Positions 63,256 through 64,000 of a DNA stretch of 64,000 bases are shown one piece after another (within the stretch, counting starts at the first letter, position 1; every line of letters begins with the position of its first letter). The position numbers and the translations under genes are program-made. The stretch is from positions 20,154,848 to 20,218,847 of the forward strand of contig CM120643.1 in NCBI GenBank assembly GCA_051362555.1, in the 5' to 3' direction. Below the pieces are notes generated by a model. That model did not search any database and had not been told where the DNA came from. It saw only the letters and a program-made list of their open reading frames with translations. This DNA comes from Lingula anatina. Taxonomy: Eukaryota > Animalia > Brachiopoda.

Positions 63256-64000
63256 AAATCAATGTCTAAAACTACGAAACTTGCTGCAAGTACTCAAATA
63301 TAATGATTTGGCCAGCTTTTGTCTGAGTCTTTTGCTGTTTACATATGGGTTCTTCTACTCAACATTAAACTATTTTCAGCTAATGTTTCCAACAAATCAC
63401 AAATCTCTATGTGCCCAACTTTCTCTGGCACATACAGACCATGCCAAATGGGAAAGAAAGCAGACTTGCAATTCACAATTTACACAGTAGTGCTTGCTAC
63501 AAAAATTTTTACGTTCATGCCATAAAATTGCAGTTTAAGTCATTCATTTGGCTATCGCAATCACAAACCGGCAGCTTGATATCACGAATGGCAATTTTAT
63601 TTACAAGGCCTGACATGTGTAATGTCCATAATACATAAACACACTATACTGCATTGGAAATATAATTAAGCATTTCTCCCATCAATCAATTGCTTGGCTG
63701 ACAAGTAAATAATTTCTTTGCATTCTCACATACACACAAAAAGAAAATAATATCAATAGTGTCATTAATACTATGGTTACTGGTTACTGTAGTATATCCC
63801 TTCTTTTTCCTCTGATTAAAATTTGAACTTGTCTTGCCTGGTGTGATCGATACACAATTATAGATACTCAGACAATAATGAAGGAGACGATAGAGAAAAT
63901 CCAAAAGCACTCTGAAAGAGCAAAAAATGAGTATTCAATACAACTTCAGTTATAGTGGTGTCTACATATGGTAATTACTAGATCGATGGAATAATTTTAC

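Overview
Eukaryotic, AT-rich, intron-containing animal genomic DNA. The repeat families resemble those of molluscs or other lophotrochozoans (inference). Two conserved genes lie tail-to-tail. UBA2/SAE2 (SUMO-activating enzyme subunit 2) is on + with 15 coding exons at 428-8935; its 5' end is outside the window. DDX1 (DEAD-box helicase 1) is on - with its 8 C-terminal coding exons at 10303-40411; no upstream exons were found in 40.4-64 kb. The large DDX1 introns are full of non-autonomous transposons: Helentron/HINE-type elements including concatemers, a 3.9-kb P-like element (31-bp TIRs, 7-bp TSD), an AcademH-like element (77-bp TIRs, 9-bp TSD, RecQ helicase motif I remnant), a Harbinger remnant with a Myb/SANT fragment, a LINE 3' end nested in a TTAA MITE, and several MITE families. 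The most unusual observations are tandem duplications that multiply splice sites in both genes, and an old tandem duplication that supplies the empty-site reference for two HINE insertions. There are no prokaryotic systems, CRISPR arrays or RNA genes. I cannot support a wholly new biological system here. Most entries in the ORF track are spurious.
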